In this document: piece by piece, positions 50,001 through 64,000 of the stretch
Numbering within the stretch: position 1 is the first letter of the stretch
Layout of the letters: every line of letters starts with the position of its first letter
Origin: Dimorphilus gyrociliatus
Taxonomy: Eukaryota; Animalia; Annelida
Assembly: GCA_904063045.1 (NCBI GenBank)
Contig: CAJFCJ010000014.1
Location: forward strand, 496,001-560,000
DNA length: 64,000 nt
Direction: 5' to 3'
The notes under the pieces: model-generated
Databases searched by the model: none
What the model was told of the DNA's origin: nothing
Seen by the model: only the letters and a program-made list of their open reading frames with translations
Translations under genes and position numbers: made by a program

Positions 50001-50962
50001 ATTTTTACTAGACGAGAGTATGGATTCGCTCAAATTAATAAGGGAACTTCAAGATTTAATTGATTCCAATAGCGATGAATGGAAAAAGATGAATAGAGAG
50101 CAGAGAAATCAAAAAATTCGCCAGCTTTCTCAGGAGGAACGACAATGCAAATCGTATTTAACATTGGCTGGTCAAACAGTTGATATGTTTCATTATTTAA
50201 CTGAAGTCATAGTTGAGCCTTTCTTGAATGAAGTTGTGGTTGATAGACTTGTAACCATGCTCGACTTTAATCTCAAACAACTTTGTGGTTCGAAATGTAA
50301 TAATTTAAAAGTTAAAGAACCAGAAAAATACGGATGGAACCCCAAACAATTGTTATCCGATTTAATCGATATATATTTGCACTTAGATACAAAAAATGAT
50401 AAATTAGCTACTGCTATTGCCAAAGATGAGAGATCTTACTCAAAAGAGCTCTTTGATGATGCTGTTAAAAGAATGACTAAACACGTTATTAAACCGGCAA
50501 GTGATATTCAGAGATTTGATATATTAGCTCAAAAAATTGCGAAAATTGTCGAACAAACTGAGAAGGAGGAAATGGATCTCGGTGAAATACCAGAAGAATT
50601 TAAAGATCCTCTTATGGATACTCTAATGAAAGATCCTGTGAAACTACCTACTTCTGGACACATTATGGATAGAGGTAGTAGATTTGTTGACATCTATATA
50701 CAGTATATATATATAATATTGTTTTCTTTTCTTTTCTCCTATCTAGCAATCATAATGAGACATTTGTTAAACGTACAATCGGATCCTTTCAATAGACAAC
50801 CATTAACAGAAAATCAATTGGAACCAGGTAAAAGACAAAAAAATACTAACACTTATAAATTAATTTTTACATATTTATTTCTTGCTTATTAATTTAGATA
50901 CCGAATTAGCGAATAAGATTCGTGAATGGAAAGATAAGAGACTTAAAGATTTAAAGAAGTAA
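47069..50962 (+). CDS. UBE4B: Ubiquitin conjugation factor E4 B (Ufd2) with C-terminal U-box, multi-exon
   Basis: MSELTPDE|IRRRRLAKL start, [51 protein letters not shown]-box reads [29 protein letters not shown]...RHLLN...DPFNRQPLT. Confidence 0.96.
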
Positions 50963-51302
50963 AATTAGCTGTATATTGTGCTTTAATTAAAGCTTAAAAC
51001 GGAAAGAATGAAAAAAAAAATTATAAAATCTTCTCAAACTAACAAAAAATTCTTCTATCTAGTGAACATTTCGTATTATTTCTCTTATTTATTTTCATAA
51101 ATGTCGTATCATGATCTTTAAGTTAACTATAAGAACTTATCAATTTTCATAATCCACCTCTACCCAAAAGAAATACAATTATTCTTTCAACAAAACCAAA
51201 AATTTTCAAATTTATTATAATTACCTTTATTGACTCATTTAAATCAAATATTCGAAACAATCAAAGGAAGAGCTATTTTCTCTTTTGTAAAATAATTTGC
51301 TT

Positions 51303-52631
51303 TTAAAGTTTTGATTCTGTATTATTGTTAACTATCTTATTTTTAATAAGATTGTCAATATCTTGATTAGATAGGTTATATTCTTTTAAAATTTCTAAGG
51401 TATGTTGACCTATTTGGGGCTTAAGCCTAGCTTCGTTACTAGCAGGAGTTCTGGAGAGTTTTGGAGCTGGTGACGGATCATAGCCATTTTCTGTTTTCAT
51501 GTACGTTTTTCTATCAATATTGTGTTTCAATAGTGCAGCTTCTTGACTATCTAATATAGGCGTTACGCAGGCGTCTGTATTCTCGAATATTTTAGTCCAT
51601 TCGGCCAAAGTCTTTGTCTTAAAAATATTTGTAAAAAGTTTCTTATTCTCTGCAAAGTTACTCATATGCGGCGCATCTGATTCGTCTACTCCTAAACCTT
51701 TCAATAGTTCATCGTAAAATTGTGGTTCAATAGCTCCAACAGCCATATATCTTCCATCTTTGGTTTCGTATGTATCGTAAAAGTGGGCTCCGCCGTCTAA
51801 CATATTTGTTCCTCTTTTGTAGGGTTGATTCCAAATAAACGATTTACGCGAAGATGTTAAAAAGCTGCCTAGAAAAGAAAATAATACAGTATTTTGAAGA
51901 AACTACTTTATATACATTGAATAATACATACCTAAATAGGCAGCTCCTTCAGTCATTGCGGTATCGACAACTTGTCCTCTCGACGATTTCTCCCTTTCAA
52001 GAAGGGCCATAACTATTCCAAATGCGCACATTAGACCACCTCCAGCAAAATCAGCTAGCAGATTTATTGGAAACAAAGGCTTTTCATTAGCACGACCAAG
52101 ATAAGAAAGCATCCCTATTAGAGATAATATCTTCAAGATTATACTGCATAAGTTTGTTATTAGATAGTATTTTCTTATTTACCCGAGATGGCTAGATAAT
52201 TTATGTCATGGCCTGCTCTGTCGGCCAAAGGTCCATTCTGACCGAAACCTGTTAGGCGGGCATATACTAGTTTTGGATTCTCTGTCAATAGGTCATTCGG
52301 TCCCAGTCCTAACTTTTCCATTACTCCCTTTCTATACGGCTCAATGAGAACGTCGGAGGAAAGAGCAAGCTTTTTGACAAGATCTCTTCCTTGTGATTTC
52401 TTTAGGTTAACCGATATAGACCTTTTGCCTCTTGATAGTACATCCAAATCAGGACCTGCTGGAAACTTAAAAAGAAAACGGACGAGAGGTGAAAAACTAG
52501 GAAAACTATTTCTGTTTACAAACTTTATCGATCCTGATAACATTAGCACCAAAGTCGGAAAGTATCATGCCACAGAAAGGTGCAGGGGCTAAACCGGCCA
52601 ACTCTAATACCTTTATTCCCCGTAAAGCCAT
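51303..52631 (-). CDS. AMACR: Alpha-methylacyl-CoA racemase (CaiB/BaiF CoA-transferase III) with PTS1
   Basis: [86 protein letters not shown] and C-terminal -SKL. Confidence 0.96.
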
Positions 52632-53415
52632 CTTAAAGCAAAGGTCTTTTAAACTTGTTTCGGTTTTTGTGACTTCCGTATCCGGTTATCTAAAATAATA
52701 ATAGTGAACTGGTTAGTATATGACAATAACAAAACTTAATAGATAGATAAAAACTATCAATAAAATCAACTTGAATTAATTAAATTATGAAACAATTTTA
52801 CAAATAAACAATTAATTTGCTAAAGTTTGGTGTTTAAATACGTAGAGCCATAAAATCAAATGAATCCCAAAAGATGGCGCCATATTTTTAAAACTATAAT
52901 GTTCTAAGAAACTATTCTTCTGATTATAGAAGAAATAGCCAATATTTGTAGTTTATCATTTAAACCTCTTTTTAAATGAAGGAAGAAAGTGGAAGTGAAA
53001 GTAGCTTTGAGATGGAACTGGCAGGTAACCTTATCTTCCAGTATTAGGGTACCATTTTCCTCCCCGCCTTCTCCTATATTTTTGATAGTTCGGAAAAGTT
53101 TAATTACTGAGTAATACTATAGATAAATAAGATATTTTTGTAGATTTTGTAAACAAGTATTGAAGCGGAAATAACGTTTTGAGTTATCGACATACTGAAA
53201 TAAAATTATGATTGTACTTTGATGCCCTCTGTGAAACTTGGTGCATTCTTTGCCTTTTTAGTGCGGCAATCGATGGATTTGTTACAATCCTGTTTTGCAC
53301 TACTTTTACCTGCATCGCCATTTTCTTCGAAAATATTAAAACAGAAGCTCTATTAAAGTGATAATTTAAAATTAACTCTATTTTATTCATTTGTTATCTT
53401 TTCGTATCTTGGATT
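52632..53415. promoter_or_regulatory. Putative bidirectional promoter (AMACR / PI3K-C2)
   Basis: Divergent genes, with a YY1-like AAGATGGCG at ~52872-52880. Confidence 0.4.
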
Positions 53416-60289
<6,874 letters not shown>

Positions 60290-60490
60290 TCAATGTTTTG
60301 TTTATTGACAACTTTCCTTATGAATATTAAAGAAGAAAGTCTGTAGCTCCTCTTTGTGCTTTCTTTCATTCATTCTTTCTTTCTATCCTTGCACATATGT
60401 TAATATATAATAAAATATTAGCACTTGATTTATTAAATAAAATTAATTTCATGAAAACGTCTTCTTTATCTTTGTGCTAGCTTAAACATT

Positions 60491-62708
60491 TTATCGCATA
60501 CCAGCATAGGAAGTAGACCAAGAACTTATAGACGAGGTAGATAACACTGTTCTTCTCTCTATTTTCGAAAGACGCCTATCGACCGGCTTTATATTCTATA
60601 AGGGAAAAGGGATAAGGGCGTTAAAAATCATTCGCTTTTAAACAATTCTTTTCCACGTACTTTTTCGAACTTGATCAAATTTCTCAAAGGCAAAGACAAA
60701 AATGATGCAGCCGCAATACAAATTGCGGTCGACCAGTACAGCCTATAAAAAGACATTGAAAGAATAGAAAACTTTTTTTAAATTAGTTTGAGGTATGAAA
60801 GAAAGAAAATCTTTATCTAACTACTCATTAATCTTACCAGCTAAAGCCAATAACGTGTAGTAAAATTCCACCCGTTATTGGTCCAACAGCCAAACCTAAA
60901 TTGTAAGACGCTCCGTACAACCCAAACACAGAGCCGTACGCAGACTGATGGCGGTTATCGGCAACATTAGCTAAAAGAGGACTGATCACGCATAATGTGA
61001 GTCCGAAGCCAACTCTCATAAGCATTTCGGTAAGAATAACATGCCATAACAAATGGCAAAATGGATACTAAGGAAGGAAAGGAGTGATAAATAGTTGTTT
61101 TATTATTCTTTACATATTTTATAAGATAATATACATACAAATCCAGTTCCAAGACCCATTATGATCATTCCAAAGAAGAGAATAGTACTTTTATGGATGT
61201 AAATCATTAAATAAGTTGCAATTAACTGAGCTGTTATTTGTAATAAAGATCCACCGACCAACACCATACCAACAACCCATTGCTTTAGACGTATAGTCTC
61301 CTTAAGCCAAGCTGGTTCGGTACCAACAATAACCCCAAGACCAACATTTATTAGTATATTACAAACTAAAATAGAATAAAAAGATAATAAAAACAAGTGC
61401 CCTCCTTTCCCACCTATGAAACTTACGTAAAATTAAGAATAAATACGGATCTAAGCAAACGAGTAGATAGTGCTTTAATCCTTTCTTCTCCGTTTTCTAA
61501 TAGAAAAGAAAAAAACAAAAATTTAATTGGACTAAAAAAGAAAGAAAGAAAGAAAGGAAAGAACGAAAGATCTTATACTTCTGTACGGCTTTCGCTTGCA
61601 CTAGAATGTGATGGAGCTTTTACAAGTAATCTAAGAGCTTTAATAATAAAATTAAAACAATAAAAACATGTTAATAAGACATATTAGTTAAATTATTAAT
61701 ATTAATTAAACCTCCATCAATTAACATAAAACTTGCAATTATTGCGAATGGTACTATCCTTCCAAGGAAATAATATACTGTACTTCCAAAAGGAAAACCA
61801 ACTGTAGATAAATAAATTAAATTAAAATTTCAATACAATTATCAAAATTATAGGCTAACTTACTGAACATTCCAACGGATAGACCAAGCATAGCAATAGA
61901 GTTCATTCTATCTCTTTCGGGTCCTTCTTCAAACGAATGTGAGAGAAGGGCAAAAGCTATTTGTTTTTAATTGACAAACAATCGATATTATTAACTTAAA
62001 ATAATAAATATATCTTATCCCTTTACCTGATATTACAGACATACTTGAACCAATAGCTTGAACAATTCTAGCTATTAATAAATATATAAATTTCCCGGCG
62101 AAAGCAAAACCTAATGAACAAAAGACACCATTTTTATTCACACCACTATAAAATATATAAATATATTATTAATAGACCTAAAGTAGCTGCCACATTTCCG
62201 AAACATCCAAAAACCATTGGCCATTTATGACCAACTCTAAAGAAAAATAACACCAAAACAAGAATTAAAAAACTTAGGTTCGCAGTTGAAATTTTATTTA
62301 AATGGTAAAGAAGAAAAAAAGACTGACCTATCAACGAAAGGTCCAACGAAGAAATTAATAATCATTTCAACTCCAGGTTTGGCACCAATTATAATACCTC
62401 CTTCGACGGTTGTGGCTAAGAAGGTATAATTAACAGACCCATCGACGACGAGCATGGAGGTATCGTTATGATGAATTCGGTAAAGGAGATCAGGAAGTAA
62501 TGGTTCTATTTATAGATATTAATTAACTTAACGAAATGTTAATTTATTGATATTTTTCACCTAAAGTAGTCAACATGATTAATTCAATCATCATAGCAAT
62601 AAATACAACAATTATTACTAAGAATTTTGACGTCCTCCAAGAACGTTTCTTTTGTGTTTTTTCACCCAAAAGGGGTTTTCTTTCGTTAATTTCTTCTCCT
62701 TTATTCAT
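60491..62708 (-). CDS. SLC18 (VMAT/VAChT-like) MFS vesicular transporter, divergent, multi-exon
   Basis: VVFIAMMIELIMLTTLEPLLP, AKPGVEMIINFFVGPFVDRVGHKWPM, LLIARIVQAIGSSMSVISG, VGFPFGSTVYYFLG, PLLANVADNRHQSAYGSVF...LGLAVGPITGG...IGFSWL, which follow the VMAT TM pattern. The last exon ends at 60491. Confidence 0.85.
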
Positions 62709-62922
62709 CTTCCTCACAGCTCTAACACCGAAATGAGTGACTTTAATACTACTCTCTAACGAGTACTTAAATATAATCTTTATTTCCGGTTTATAATAAT
62801 AAATAAATATAAAGTAAAAACATTGGAAAAAAAAGATGGCAAACGATATACTTTATACAAAATTATAGATTTTATTCTTTCTTTTCTGTTTTTGTCTTTT
62901 TATTGTGTAAAGTTTATCATTT

Positions 62923-63946
62923 TTATATCATAAAAGGTAAATCAACGTTCTTTTCGCCTGTTCCATAATAGATAGAACCGTAGCGACGAGTTTCCGGTAC
63001 GTGGAAGAAAACGTAACCTGGCCATAAAAGATTTTTAAGTATGGTCAAAGCGGATCCTCTGTCGAATTGAAGACTCCAACAACCTAGTTTTTGGACGTAT
63101 ATTAAATTGATTATTCTATGTATTTAGGTTATACCTAATGGGACATCTTCATCTATTGGATCCATAAAATCTACGCTCTTATCTAAATCAGCTTTCTGCA
63201 AAAGCGTCTTTTCCAATAATTTATATCCTTCTCTAAAATGCAAATAATTGCACAGTTTCGAGGATTCGGACACTGTTAAACCTAGTTAAAAGAATATATT
63301 TTGAGTAATATCTTACAAAATAACTTATACAACTATAAATTCTTACCGCTGAATGTTCTACTCTGATAAACAAGTCCGGTAGGCTCTTGAATATAGGCTC
63401 CTTTTGGAACTACTCTAGCTTCTTTGTCAATTTCGAAGATGACAGCTGCCAAACGATCTTCTTCTTTGATTGCTATGGTTTCAGGCTCTTCTTCCTCTTC
63501 GTCATCTGTCTTTGGAGGAGTGTACTCGAATTCGTAAGAAGGATCGCCTATAAATCTTCCTCTAATTAGCCTGGCACGTTTCATCATATCTTCAGTTGCT
63601 GGGGGCAGCAAAGCCCATCTACTGCAGTCCTTACTGTAATAGAGGGTTAATGTTTTAGTTTACAGTTTAAATAAAGTGATTTTTAACAGTTTTTTTTTTA
63701 TAAAAAAAAGTCAGCCTACCTATACCAAATTTTTCTTTCTGAAAATTCGTCTCTTTCTATTCCCTGTGCTATAAAATAGTCGTCTTTTATACCAAAAATC
63801 TTTCCCCAAAAATAAACACGCTGATATTTTCCATTATTTTTCAAAATACATAACGAAGTTTGAAGTGCAGCTTTTTGTTCTGGGCTAAGAACAACGCCAG
63901 CCGTTCCTAGATAGTCGACGTTCAAATTTAAGACGCCTGAATCCAT
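62923..63946 (-). CDS. RSPH9: Radial spoke head protein 9, multi-exon
   Basis: GVVLSPEQKAALQTSL...RVYFWGKIFGIKDDYFIAQG, GRFIGDPSYEFE, KEEDRLAAVI...VVPKGAY, LKNLLWPGYVFFH...GSIYYGTGEKNVDLPFMI*. Confidence 0.96.
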
Positions 63947-64000
63947 CAGTATATTTTAGAATATGAAGAATCTTCCAAAAGATGCAAATGAAACAGATTA

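Overview
Eukaryotic (animal) DNA: AT-rich and gene-dense, with short (mostly 50-100 nt) GT-AG introns. FoxAB plus motile-cilium genes suggest a compact-genome invertebrate, possibly a spiralian (inference; the species cannot be fixed from sequence). Spliced genes reconstructed by hand, in order: TPR/coiled-coil gene (5' partial), GCPII/NAALADase-like M28 peptidase, foxAB, an HSF5-like factor, a tandem pair of IgGFc-binding (FCGBP-N) genes (a short copy and a full PTS mucin), ERLEC1, an 83-aa EF-hand protein, an ADAM, LRRC74, ARMC1, nucleobindin, UBE4B, AMACR, class II PI3K, a divergent SLC18 transporter and RSPH9. The region 9.6-27.4 kb is the most unusual. It holds a shattered multi-SUEL lectin gene largely missed by the ORF track, an HSF lacking a trimerisation coil but carrying a PxDLS motif, with an E2F/HSE/CTCF-like module upstream, and a 3-kb duplication. 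That duplication created a mucin-less FCGBP paralog whose C-terminus is a re-used copy of its own N-terminus. No rRNA, tRNA, CRISPR array or intact transposon was recognised. All family calls come from motif recognition, not database searches.
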